Assembly (NCBI GenBank): GCA_964473545.1
Contig: CAYYPN010000001.1
Coordinates: 1-53,871, forward strand
Direction of reading: 5' to 3'
Length of the DNA stretch: 53,871 nucleotides
DNA from: an uncultured Planctomycetaceae bacterium
GTDB lineage: Bacteria; Planctomycetota; Phycisphaerae; Phycisphaerales; Zrk34
Shown one piece after another: positions 7,587 to 16,343 of this stretch. The notes below the pieces were generated by a model. The model was not told where the DNA came from. It was given only the letters and a program-made list of their open reading frames with translations, and made no database searches. A program made the translations under genes and the position numbers. Numbering within the stretch: position 1 is the stretch's first letter; each line of letters opens with the position of its first letter.

Positions 7587-8711
7587 ATGGCACCACCCCC
7601 CACGCGAAAGCGCAAGACATCCGATTGGCCCGACTTTCTCAGCGCCCGCGTTCGCAAGCTGCGCGCCCGCTGCTACGAGGCCGAGCTGGACGGGTTCCTG
7701 GCCACCCACCCGGCGGACGTGCGATACCTCTGCGACTTTCCCGGCGAAGACAGTTGGGCCCTGGTCACCAGTCGCCAGGTCTACCTGCTCAGCGACCGCC
7801 GTTTCGATGAACAGATCGACCAGTCTTGCCCGTTCGTCAAGAAGGTGTTGCGCACCGGCCCGATGAGCGACGCCCTGGCCAACACGCTCAGCGACCTGAA
7901 GATCAAAACGCTCGGCATCCAGTCCGAACACATGACCGTGTTCACGCAACGCAAGCTGTCGAGCAAGCTCAAGGACATCAAGCTCAAGCCGACCGACAGT
8001 TGGTTGCTGGAGCATCGCGCGGTCAAGGACGACATGGAGCTGCGCCAGATCCGCCGGGCCCTGGCGGTGCAGGAGCAGGCGTGGCATCAGACGCTCGACC
8101 AGATTCGCCCGGGCATGAGTGAAGCCGAGCTTGTCGCGATGCTCGAGTACAACATGCGCTGGATCGGCGGGGAAGGGGTGAGCTTTCCGACGATCGTGGC
8201 GATCGGGCCGAACTCATCGCTGCCGCACCACATCGTCGGCCGCACCCGCGTCAAGGCGACCACGCCCATCCTCATCGACTTCAGCGCCATGGCCGGCGGC
8301 TATACCGGCGACCTGACGCGGGTCGTGGCGATCGGCGGGTTGAGCAAGAAGCTGATCGAGGTTTACCACGTGGTGCTCGAAGCCCAGCGGGCGGGCATCG
8401 ACGCCATCGGTCCCGGGGCCAAACTCAAGGACGTCGATGCCGCGGCGCGGCAGGTCATCAACGACGCCGGCTACGGCGATCAGTTCGGCCACGGCCTGGG
8501 CCACGGCATCGGGTTGGACGTGCACGAACAACCGACGCTCAGCCCGCGCTCCAGGGGCGAGCTGGTCGAGGGCAACGTCGTGACCGTCGAGCCGGGCGTG
8601 TACCTGCCGGGCGTGGGCGGCGTGCGGATCGAGGACGACGTGCTGGTGACGAACACCGGGCATCGCAAGCTGAGCACCTTGCCCTCATCGCTGGAATCCG
8701 CGATTATTTAG
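7587..8711 (+). CDS. M24-family Xaa-Pro aminopeptidase/dipeptidase
   Basis: Metal-ligand motifs of the M24B fold are present: GYTGDLTR, HGLGHGIGLDVHE and TVEPGVY...GGVRIEDDVLVT. Confidence 0.9.
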   Translation: MAPPPTRKRKTSDWPDFLSARVRKLRARCYEAELDGFLATHPADVRYLCDFPGEDSWALVTSRQVYLLSDRRFDEQIDQSCPFVKKVLRTGPMSDALANTLSDLKIKTLGIQSEHMTVFTQRKLSSKLKDIKLKPTDSWLLEHRAVKDDMELRQIRRALAVQEQAWHQTLDQIRPGMSEAELVAMLEYNMRWIGGEGVSFPTIVAIGPNSSLPHHIVGRTRVKATTPILIDFSAMAGGYTGDLTRVVAIGGLSKKLIEVYHVVLEAQRAGIDAIGPGAKLKDVDAAARQVINDAGYGDQFGHGLGHGIGLDVHEQPTLSPRSRGELVEGNVVTVEPGVYLPGVGGVRIEDDVLVTNTGHRKLSTLPSSLESAII

Positions 8712-8773
8712 GCTGGTTTTGACGCTACAGGGACACCCCCGCCGGGCGCCACCAGGCGAGCAAGGGTTTGGAC

Positions 8774-9238
8774 ATGATTGAAATGCGAAAACTCCGTGAG
8801 CTGGTCAAGCTCATGAAGGACAATGATCTTTGCGAACTGCACCTGAAGGACCAGGACGAGCAGGTGACGTTGCGGCGGCCGGAGGGCCCGGGCGACGCCG
8901 CCGTCGGGCCGGTCGTTCAGGCCACGCCCGCCGCGGCGCCCGGATCGGTGCAACCGGTCGCGCCAGCCGAGGCGGCGCCCGCCGCCGACACCGCCGGGAT
9001 GCATGAAATCGCCAGTCCCATGGTCGGTACTTTTTACACCTCGCCCAGCCCCGACGCCGAGCCGTTTGTCCGCGTCGGCCAGCGCGTCGATGCCGAGACG
9101 GTGGTTTGCGTGATCGAGGCGATGAAGGTGTTCAACGAGATCAAGGCCGAAACGACCGGCACGATCGAAAAGGTCCAGGCATCCAACGGTCAGGCCGTCG
9201 AATTCGGCCAGTCGCTGTTCCTGGTCAAGCCGGACTAA
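8774..9238 (+). CDS. accB: Acetyl-CoA carboxylase biotin carboxyl carrier protein
   Basis: Biotinyl-lysine motif CVIEAMKVFNEIKAE is present and accC lies directly downstream. An alternative TTG start lies at 8768. Confidence 0.9.
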   Translation: MIEMRKLRELVKLMKDNDLCELHLKDQDEQVTLRRPEGPGDAAVGPVVQATPAAAPGSVQPVAPAEAAPAADTAGMHEIASPMVGTFYTSPSPDAEPFVRVGQRVDAETVVCVIEAMKVFNEIKAETTGTIEKVQASNGQAVEFGQSLFLVKPD

Positions 9239-9279
9239 CCGCGTCTGACCGGCGCGCCACCCTTAACGACCCGAGCTTA

Positions 9280-10626
9280 ATGTTCAGCAGGATACTCATA
9301 GCCAATCGTGGTGAGATCGCGTTGCGGATCATGCGCGCTGCGCGCGAGATGGACATCGAATCCGTCGCCGTGTTCAGCGAAGCCGACAAAGGCGCGGCGT
9401 ACCTCGACCTTGCCGACCGGGCGATCTGCATCGGGCCCGCTCCGGCGGGCCAGAGCTACCTGCATATCCCGTCGATCATCTCCGCCGCCGAAGTCGCCAA
9501 TGTCGATGCGATCCATCCGGGCTACGGCTTCCTCGCTGAGAACGCGCACTTCGCCGAGGTCTGCCGCTCCTGTCGCATCGAGTTCATCGGCCCCAGTGTC
9601 GAAAGCATGCAACTGCTCGGCGACAAGGTCTCGTGCCGGCAACTGGCGTCGAAGCACAAGGTGCCGATCTTCCCCGGTTCCAAGGGCAAGATCGAAGATG
9701 AGGACAAGGCGATGAAGACCGCCGGCGACATCGGTTACCCGGTGATCATCAAGGCGGCGGCGGGCGGCGGGGGGCGCGGGATGCGCGTGGCTCACAACGA
9801 CATCGCCCTGCGGTCCGGCCTGCACAGCGCGATGGCCGAGGCCGACGCCGCGTTCGGTGATGCCACGGTCTACATCGAAAAGTACCTCGAACACGCCCGC
9901 CACATCGAGGTGCAGATCCTCGCCGACAAGCACGGCAACACCGTGCACCTGTTCGAGCGCGACTGCACCATGCAGCGCCGCCACCAGAAGCTCATCGAGG
10001 AAGCGCCCAGCCCCGTGATCGACGACACAATCCGCGAACAGCTCGGCCGGGCGGCGGTGCGGCTGTGCAAGGCGGCCGGTTATTACGGCGCGGCGACCGT
10101 CGAGTTCCTCTACGACCCGGCGGACGGCAAGTTCTACCTGCTCGAAGTCAACACCCGCGTGCAGGTCGAGCATCCGGTCACCGAGATGATCACCGGCATC
10201 GACATCGTGCAGACGATGATCCGCATCGCCGCGGGGGAGGCGTTGCCGTTCAAGCAGGCGGACATCACGCAGACCGGCCACGCCATCGAGTGCCGCATCA
10301 ATGCCGAGGACCCGAGCCGCAAGTTCATCCCCCAGCCCGGCGAACTGTCGCGGTTCACCGTGCCCGGCGGGCCCGGCGTTCGCGTCGATACCCACGCCTG
10401 CGTCGGCTACCGCATCCCGCCCAACTACGATTCCCTCCTGGCCAAATTGATCACGCACGGCGCGACCCGCGAAGACGCCCGCCTGCGCATGCAACGCGCT
10501 TTGAGCGAATTCAAGATCGCCCCCATCGCCACCACCGTCTCCCTCCACCAGCGCCTGCTCAACAACAGCCACTTCGTCGGCGGGGATACGGACATTCATT
10601 TCGTGGAACGCCTGCTCGGCGGTTAA
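9280..10626 (+). CDS. accC: Acetyl-CoA carboxylase biotin carboxylase subunit
   Basis: MFSRILIANRGEIALRIMRAAREM, IIKAAAGGGGRGMRV and LLEVNTRVQVEHPVTE are classic AccC/ATP-grasp motifs. The track ORF was trimmed to ATG 9280. Confidence 0.95.
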   Translation: MFSRILIANRGEIALRIMRAAREMDIESVAVFSEADKGAAYLDLADRAICIGPAPAGQSYLHIPSIISAAEVANVDAIHPGYGFLAENAHFAEVCRSCRIEFIGPSVESMQLLGDKVSCRQLASKHKVPIFPGSKGKIEDEDKAMKTAGDIGYPVIIKAAAGGGGRGMRVAHNDIALRSGLHSAMAEADAAFGDATVYIEKYLEHARHIEVQILADKHGNTVHLFERDCTMQRRHQKLIEEAPSPVIDDTIREQLGRAAVRLCKAAGYYGAATVEFLYDPADGKFYLLEVNTRVQVEHPVTEMITGIDIVQTMIRIAAGEALPFKQADITQTGHAIECRINAEDPSRKFIPQPGELSRFTVPGGPGVRVDTHACVGYRIPPNYDSLLAKLITHGATREDARLRMQRALSEFKIAPIATTVSLHQRLLNNSHFVGGDTDIHFVERLLGG

Positions 10627-10644
10627 TAGGCGTCCAGCCAAAAG

Positions 10645-10798
10645 CGAAGTAGCGAATGGCGCGGTTTCACTTGCAACGCAGCGTTATGGTGCCACACCTT
10701 GAGCCCGCCAGGGGCAAGGTGTGACCACGCCCGCACACCTTGAGCCGTGGGGATCAAGGTGTGGCACGCTACAGAGAAACGGAAACCGCGCTACTTCG
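10645..10798. other. Multi-hairpin structured element between the convergent accC and cvpA-like genes (candidate bidirectional terminator or REP-like element)
   Basis: There are two tandem hairpin units: cacaccttg/caaggtgtg (10693-10723) and cacaccttga/tcaaggtgtg (10734-10763). An outer interrupted stem encloses them: cgaagta...gcgcggtttc (10645-10668) pairs with gaaaccgcgc-tacttcg (10782-10798). Confidence 0.55.
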
Positions 10799-10812
10799 TT
10801 ATTGGCTTTCGC

Positions 10813-12468
10813 TTACTCGACATTCACATCCAGCGTCTGCTCGCTGGCGTTGCCGATTCGGAATTCGACCAGGTGTGAGCCGCGGCTGACGCGGAAGTAG
10901 AGGATGAGCGTGTCGTCGCCGGAGAGTTGATCGATATCGCGGATCTGCCCCAGGTAGTCGATGGTCCGGGTCGTGTCGATGTCCAGGTGGATGACCGGTT
11001 CGCTGACCCGTATCGCGCCGACGGCCCGATAGGTGTAGCCGTCTTCATCGACGAGCATGGGCGTCTGCGTGCGGGCGGCCAATTGCATCGCCTTGCCCAG
11101 CAGCGATCGGGCGCGGCTGGCGGTCATCTCGATCCGCACGATCCGCTGGGCGCTGGGGCTGTGGATGCGATCGACGACGAGGTTGCGGTGCGGCCGATCC
11201 ATGCGGTCATAGTTGATCTGGCCGGTCGCGGAGATGATCGCGTTGTCGTCGGTCATGCGCAGGTTCTGGGAGTGGTGCGTCAGCGTATTCAGGTTGAGCG
11301 GCATGGGCAGGCGCCCGCCGACGCCGACCTTCAGCGCCTCGACCTCCGCCCCGGGGCCGGCGCCGGGTTCGAGGTCGTTGCTGTCCACGTCGGCAAGGTC
11401 GGGCTGCGGCTTCGGCCGCGTCCACCGCGTGTTCTCGATCCAACCGACGATGTCTTCCGTGGCGACGGCCGATTCGTCCGGCAGGTCCAGCCGCAGTTGC
11501 TTGACCCGGACGAAGCGCGGCTCCAGACCCGCGGGCACGTGGTAGATCACGTCGACCATGTCGGTGTCGGCGGACTTGGTCCACAGGCGATCGCCCGGCG
11601 TGTGCAGCGTGCCGTACGCCTCGCCCACGCGATGCACCCAGCCATGCGGCAGGATCAACTGCGCACTCGACGAATCGATCGGGTTGACCGCCAGCATCGG
11701 CAACTGCGCGGCGCTGGCGGTGAACTGGCCGTCCTGGTCGGCGGCCTGGTTGACGGCGATCTCCATGCCGACGACGTACACCCGCTGGTCGCCGGCCGGC
11801 TTCTGGGCGTACGGCGCATCGGACGGGTTGATCTCGAAGAACCGGTCGATCGTGACGCTGCCCGGGCGGATGGCCTTGCGGGCGTTCTGGCGCGCGGTGA
11901 TCTGGAACAGGCCCGCCGACACCGCAAGGCGCGGTTGGCGATTGCTCACCGTCGCATCGGAAAGGGTCGGACTGAACGGCCCGGTGCTCAGGCCCGCGAA
12001 GACCGACCCGGCGAACGTGTCGGCCGGCAGCCAGAGCGTATCGAATCGTTCGATGCGGCCGGCGGCACCCAGGCGGTAGGGCTGGTACCCGGGCACGCCG
12101 GTGCTGATGAATTGCAGGCCGATGACCAGGAACCCCGCGGTGACCAGGCCGATGATCACACCGACCGCGCCGCCGACGAAGAGGTTGACGAGATTATGGA
12201 AGTCGACGTTGCCCGGCGCGAGCTTGTCCGCCGCGACGCGCAGGCCGACCATCAGCAACACGAACGGCGCGAGCAAGCCCACGCCCCACGCATACTCGGG
12301 CATCCGCTCCAGGAGGTACCCCACGGTCAGCGGCTCCCACACCGCCAGTGCCAACGATCCGGCCACGAGCGTGACCACCAGGTGCAGGATCGCGCTGAAC
12401 AGCCCCTGCGAGCCGAACCACACGGCCATGAGGATCACGAACGCGACAAGCAGGAGGTTAACGATCAC
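10813..12468 (-). CDS. Membrane protein with an N-terminal CvpA-like multi-TM domain fused to an uncharacterised C-terminal domain of about 360 aa
   Basis: The first ~190 aa form 4-5 hydrophobic helices in a CvpA-family style (MIVNLLLVAFVILMAVWFGSQGLFSAILHLVV...). I recognise no motif in the remainder. The GTG start overlaps the upstream stop (GTGA), and AAAGGAGG lies upstream. Confidence 0.6.
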   Translation of the reverse strand: MIVNLLLVAFVILMAVWFGSQGLFSAILHLVVTLVAGSLALAVWEPLTVGYLLERMPEYAWGVGLLAPFVLLMVGLRVAADKLAPGNVDFHNLVNLFVGGAVGVIIGLVTAGFLVIGLQFISTGVPGYQPYRLGAAGRIERFDTLWLPADTFAGSVFAGLSTGPFSPTLSDATVSNRQPRLAVSAGLFQITARQNARKAIRPGSVTIDRFFEINPSDAPYAQKPAGDQRVYVVGMEIAVNQAADQDGQFTASAAQLPMLAVNPIDSSSAQLILPHGWVHRVGEAYGTLHTPGDRLWTKSADTDMVDVIYHVPAGLEPRFVRVKQLRLDLPDESAVATEDIVGWIENTRWTRPKPQPDLADVDSNDLEPGAGPGAEVEALKVGVGGRLPMPLNLNTLTHHSQNLRMTDDNAIISATGQINYDRMDRPHRNLVVDRIHSPSAQRIVRIEMTASRARSLLGKAMQLAARTQTPMLVDEDGYTYRAVGAIRVSEPVIHLDIDTTRTIDYLGQIRDIDQLSGDDTLILYFRVSRGSHLVEFRIGNASEQTLDVNVE

Positions 12469-14165
12469 GACGCGCCTCCTTTGGTCGCCGCGGTTTGCCC
12501 GGCGCCGCTCTTGCCGGAGGATTCGGCCTGGCCGAGCGCTCGCATGACTTCGCTGATGCTGGTCTGGCCGTTGACGACCTTGGCCAGCGCCGCTTCCTGG
12601 AGCCAGAGCATCTTGTTTTTGCGGACGTGCGACCGCAGGCCGTTCAGGTTGCCTTTGCCGAGCAACTGGCGGGCCTGTTCATCGAGGACCATGACTTCGA
12701 AGGCCGCGGTGCGCCCGTGGAAGCCCAGGCCGTTGCACGTGGGGCAGGGCTGGGTCTGGTCCTTGGGGGCGGGGATGCGTCCGCTGGATTTGTACAGTTC
12801 CTTGATCCGGTCGGCCGGCAGGTTGAGCTTCTTGAGCGCCGCGGCGTCGGGTTGATACGCCTGGCGACACACGGTGCAGAGCTTGCGCACCAGCCGCTGG
12901 CAGATCACCGCGCGAGTGCCCTGGCCGACCAGTTCCAGGTCGCCGACCGTCTTGGCCCAGGCCTTGAGTGCGGCGAAGGTGTCGTCGGCGCGAATGCCGA
13001 CGTAGATGCGTTTGTGATCGGTCGCCGCCTTGGCCGCGAGCTTGGCGGTTTCAGTGTCGGCGATCTGGCCGACCATGACCACCGCCGGGTCGCGCAGGAG
13101 CAGGCTGTTGAGCGACTTGCTCCAGCCTGACTCGCCCGGCGCGTGCTGGCTGACGCCTTCGACGTCGGTTTCGATCGGTTGTTCGAGCGTGTGGATGTCG
13201 GTCAGGTACGGATCATGCTGTTGGAGCAGGGCGTAGAGCGTGGTCGTGCGGCCGTGGTCCGGCGGTGCGGCGACGATGACCAGGCCTTCGTTTTCCACCA
13301 GCAGGGGCTTGAGCTGATCGTGCTGGCTTTCGAGCAGGCCGAGTTCCTCGAACGGCCGGTTGAGCTGCTTGCGTCGGTCGATGTCGATCTTGAGCGTGAG
13401 CCCGCGGGTGGAGCCGGCGGTTTCGACTTCGAGGTTGTGCTGGCCGAGTTCACCGAGGTCGATGCGGGTGGTGCCTTCCTGCTTGCGGCGGCGGTCGTCG
13501 GTGTCCAGGCCGCACTGCCACTTGAGGTAGTCGATCGCGGCGAGGGCCTCGCCCGGCTGCATTGCATCGTGACGGTACGGCACGCCGTCGACGTGCAGGC
13601 GCACCGCCAGGTCGTTGCCGCTCAGGGCGATGTCGATCTTCTCGGCCCGCTGCTGGAGGGCGGTGGTGAACAGGGCGTCGAGGGAGATGTGGGCCTGGTA
13701 CTGCGGGTCTTCCTGGAGCGGGACGGGCTTGAAGTGGCTGGCCGACTCGCTGGACTTGCCGACGAAGCGAAGGGCGACGTCGCGTTCGGCGCTGGCCTGT
13801 TCGCGTTGGAGGAGGATGCGCTGGATGCCGGCGGTGCTGAGGTGCCAGCGTTCGTTGTCGGGGACCTTGGGGTTGCGGATCATCACGTAGGCCACGCCGG
13901 CGCCGACGGTGAACATCAGGAACAGCAGCAGCCCGAGCCAGAACCAGGGGATGACCAGCCACAGCAGCAGCCCGAGTGCGCCGGCCCCGAGGGTCAGGCC
14001 GTTGAGCATGCGGCGTTGGAGATAGAAGTAGCCCGCGTCCTTGTCGAGGATGCTCGCCCAGCGAGCCCAGGCCAATACGACGACCAACATCAACAACGGC
14101 TTGAAGATGCTGACCATGAACACCGGTTCAGCGGCAAGCAGAGCGGGCATCAGCGGGCGCCTCAC
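12465..14165 (-). CDS. Membrane-anchored GspE/PilB-family protein with degenerate ATPase motifs (predicted pseudo-ATPase)
   Basis: N-terminal TM helices are followed by a GspE-like core. Walker A reads AAPPDHGRTTT (canonical GPTGSGKTTT). The Asp box reads LEQPIE (EDPIE). Walker B reads VMVGQIAD (MVGEIRD). The His box is lost. The tetracysteine motif CTVC...CPTCNGLGFHGRTAAFEV is retained. An alternative ATG start lies at 14150. Confidence 0.75.
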   Translation of the reverse strand: MRRPLMPALLAAEPVFMVSIFKPLLMLVVVLAWARWASILDKDAGYFYLQRRMLNGLTLGAGALGLLLWLVIPWFWLGLLLFLMFTVGAGVAYVMIRNPKVPDNERWHLSTAGIQRILLQREQASAERDVALRFVGKSSESASHFKPVPLQEDPQYQAHISLDALFTTALQQRAEKIDIALSGNDLAVRLHVDGVPYRHDAMQPGEALAAIDYLKWQCGLDTDDRRRKQEGTTRIDLGELGQHNLEVETAGSTRGLTLKIDIDRRKQLNRPFEELGLLESQHDQLKPLLVENEGLVIVAAPPDHGRTTTLYALLQQHDPYLTDIHTLEQPIETDVEGVSQHAPGESGWSKSLNSLLLRDPAVVMVGQIADTETAKLAAKAATDHKRIYVGIRADDTFAALKAWAKTVGDLELVGQGTRAVICQRLVRKLCTVCRQAYQPDAAALKKLNLPADRIKELYKSSGRIPAPKDQTQPCPTCNGLGFHGRTAAFEVMVLDEQARQLLGKGNLNGLRSHVRKNKMLWLQEAALAKVVNGQTSISEVMRALGQAESSGKSGAGQTAATKGGAS

Positions 14166-14218
14166 AGGCAGGGGGGTCGAACGGTCGGCGGCGTGGCGGC
14201 CGGGCCTGTTGTGCCGAT

Positions 14219-15370
14219 TCAGGATCCGGTCGTGCGAATCCCTTTCAGCCGCATCTTCAACTCGTCGGCGTTGTGAGCCGCCGACATCGCCACACGCGGA
14301 TGAATGTACTCTTTCTGCACCAGATCGACAAGGCTGCTGGTCAGGTCGAGCATGCCGGCCTCACGGCTGTCGCGGATCACGTCGCCCAGTTCGGACTCAC
14401 GCTCATCATAGATGTATTTCGAGACCACCGGGCTGTTCAGCAGCACCTCCACCGCCGGCACCCGGGACAGGTCCTCCCGCAGGCACGGCAGCAGTCGCTG
14501 GTAGATCACCGCCTTCATGTTCGCCCCGAACATCTCGCGGATCAGGTCCCGCTCATTCGGGGGAAACAGGTTGTAAATCCGTCCGAACGCCTGGCTGGCG
14601 CTGGACGCGTGGACGGTGCCGAACACCAGGTGACCGGTTTCGGCGGCCTGGATCGCGGCCTCAAACGTCTCGCGATCGCGCAGCTCGCCGATCAGCACCA
14701 CGTCGGGATTCTCACGCACCAGCGCCCGCAACCCCGTGGCAAAGTCCGGCACGTCCACCCCGACCTCGCGCTGGTTCACCACCGACTTGGCGTCCTTGAA
14801 GATGTACTCGATCGGGTCTTCCAGTGTCACGATGTGGCAGGCGCGGTTCTCGTTGATCTGCTGGATCATCGAGGCGATGGTCGTGCTCTTGCCGCTGCCG
14901 GTCACGCCGCACAGCAGGACCAGTCCCTGCGTGGCCTCGGCGACCGTGCCCAGCACCTCGGGCAGGTGCAGTTGTTCATAAGAAAGGATCTCGCTGCTGA
15001 CGCGGCGGGCGGCGACGGCGATGTGCCCTCGGGCGAGGAACACGTTCACGCGGAAGCGATTGTCGTCATCGAAGTCGTACGCCATGTCCACCGAACCGTG
15101 CGTGCGGAAGTGCTCCATCTGCCCGGCGGTAAACAACTGCTCGGCGGTTTCGAGCAGTTCCCGCTCGGTGAAGGCCTCGGACTTGAGCGCCCGCAACTCG
15201 CCCTTGACGCGCAGGCGCGGGGCGATGTCGGGCTTGACGATCAGGTCCGACGCCTCGTACTTGATCGCCTGCTGGAAACACTTGCGCAGGCGATTGCCCT
15301 TGAGGCGATCTTCCTTGCCGACCTGCTCGACGTTGATGTCCAGCGGTTGTCGATCCACATCGGAGTTCAT
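14219..15370 (-). CDS. pilT: PilT-family type IV pilus retraction-type hexameric ATPase
   Basis: Canonical motifs are present: [10 protein letters not shown] (Walker A), [17 protein letters not shown] (Walker B) and [10 protein letters not shown] (His box). The track ORF was trimmed to MNSDVDRQ at 15370. Confidence 0.9.
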   Translation of the reverse strand: MNSDVDRQPLDINVEQVGKEDRLKGNRLRKCFQQAIKYEASDLIVKPDIAPRLRVKGELRALKSEAFTERELLETAEQLFTAGQMEHFRTHGSVDMAYDFDDDNRFRVNVFLARGHIAVAARRVSSEILSYEQLHLPEVLGTVAEATQGLVLLCGVTGSGKSTTIASMIQQINENRACHIVTLEDPIEYIFKDAKSVVNQREVGVDVPDFATGLRALVRENPDVVLIGELRDRETFEAAIQAAETGHLVFGTVHASSASQAFGRIYNLFPPNERDLIREMFGANMKAVIYQRLLPCLREDLSRVPAVEVLLNSPVVSKYIYDERESELGDVIRDSREAGMLDLTSSLVDLVQKEYIHPRVAMSAAHNADELKMRLKGIRTTGS

Positions 15371-16215
15371 ACGGCAATTCCCTCGGCTAGACGGACGGGC
15401 ACACCCTGCTGGGCAAGGTACTGCTTGGTTTGGTCGACGGTGTATTCGTTGTAGTGGAAGATGCTGGCGGCGAGTGCGGCCGACGCGCCGGCGCCGCCTT
15501 CGTCGGTGGCTTTGAGGACCGCGGCCATGTGCTCGGGCGAGCCGCACCCGCCCGAGGCGACAACCGGAACGTTCACCGCCTCGACCACCGCCCGGGTCAG
15601 TTCCACGTCGTAACCGTCCCGGGTGCCGTCGGCGTCCATGCTGGTCAAGACGATCTCGCCGGCGCCCATCTCCACGACGCGCTTCGCCCAGGGGACGGCT
15701 TCGAGGCCGGTCGGGGTGCGCCCGCCGTGGGTGTGGACTTCGAACACCCGGCCGTCGCTGCTGAGCGGGCCTTGGGGTTCGTGTCCGGTGCGTTCGACGA
15801 AGTCCCTGCGGTCGACGCGTTTGGGGTCGATGTTGACGACGGTGGCGCACCGGCCGAAGCGGCGGGCGGTCTGCTCGACGATCTCGGGGCGGGTGACGGC
15901 GGCGGTGTTGATGCTGACCTTTTCCGCGCCGGCCTGCACGAGCCGCGTCACGTCGTCGATCGTCCGGATGCCCCCGCCCACGGTGAAGGGCATGAAGCAC
16001 TGCTCGGCGACCTGGCGGACGACGTCGAAGATGATCTGGCGATTCTCGTGGCTGGCGGTGATGTCCAGGAACACCAGCTCATCGGCGCCCTGTTCGTCGT
16101 AGCGGCGGGCGACTTCGACGGGGTCGCCGGCGTCGCGGATGTTGACGAAGTTCACGCCCTTGACCACGCGCCCGCTGCGGACGTCGAGGCACGGAATGAT
16201 GCGACGGGTCAACAT
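15367..16215 (-). CDS. hisF: Imidazole glycerol phosphate synthase cyclase subunit
   Basis: [23 protein letters not shown]...FLDITAS...PFTVGGGIR...ASGGCG is a canonical HisF barrel. Its stop overlaps the pilT start as ATGA. Confidence 0.95.
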   Translation of the reverse strand: MLTRRIIPCLDVRSGRVVKGVNFVNIRDAGDPVEVARRYDEQGADELVFLDITASHENRQIIFDVVRQVAEQCFMPFTVGGGIRTIDDVTRLVQAGAEKVSINTAAVTRPEIVEQTARRFGRCATVVNIDPKRVDRRDFVERTGHEPQGPLSSDGRVFEVHTHGGRTPTGLEAVPWAKRVVEMGAGEIVLTSMDADGTRDGYDVELTRAVVEAVNVPVVASGGCGSPEHMAAVLKATDEGGAGASAALAASIFHYNEYTVDQTKQYLAQQGVPVRLAEGIAV

Positions 16216-16343
16216 GACCGGCCAGTATATCCCGGTTGGGCGGCCCTCGCCTCGCCCGGGCCGGGGCTGGGTATGCAACTTCTGCAGACGGCGGTCGCAT
16301 GGGTTTACCATTCGCCAAACCCCGCCTTTACAAGGAGTCCTTA

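Noticed and set aside
14219-16000. The track ORF extends pilT upstream by about 210 codons into hisF.
   Set aside because: The extension is Arg/Pro/Gly-rich nonsense overlapping the bona fide hisF frame. PilT homology begins at MNSDVDRQ (start at 15370), giving an ATGA junction with hisF.
16216-16343. Possible cobalamin riboswitch or Fur box upstream of the TonB-dependent receptor.
   Set aside because: The spacer is only 128 nt. I could find neither a B12-box-like motif nor a GATAATGATAATCATTATC-like Fur site.
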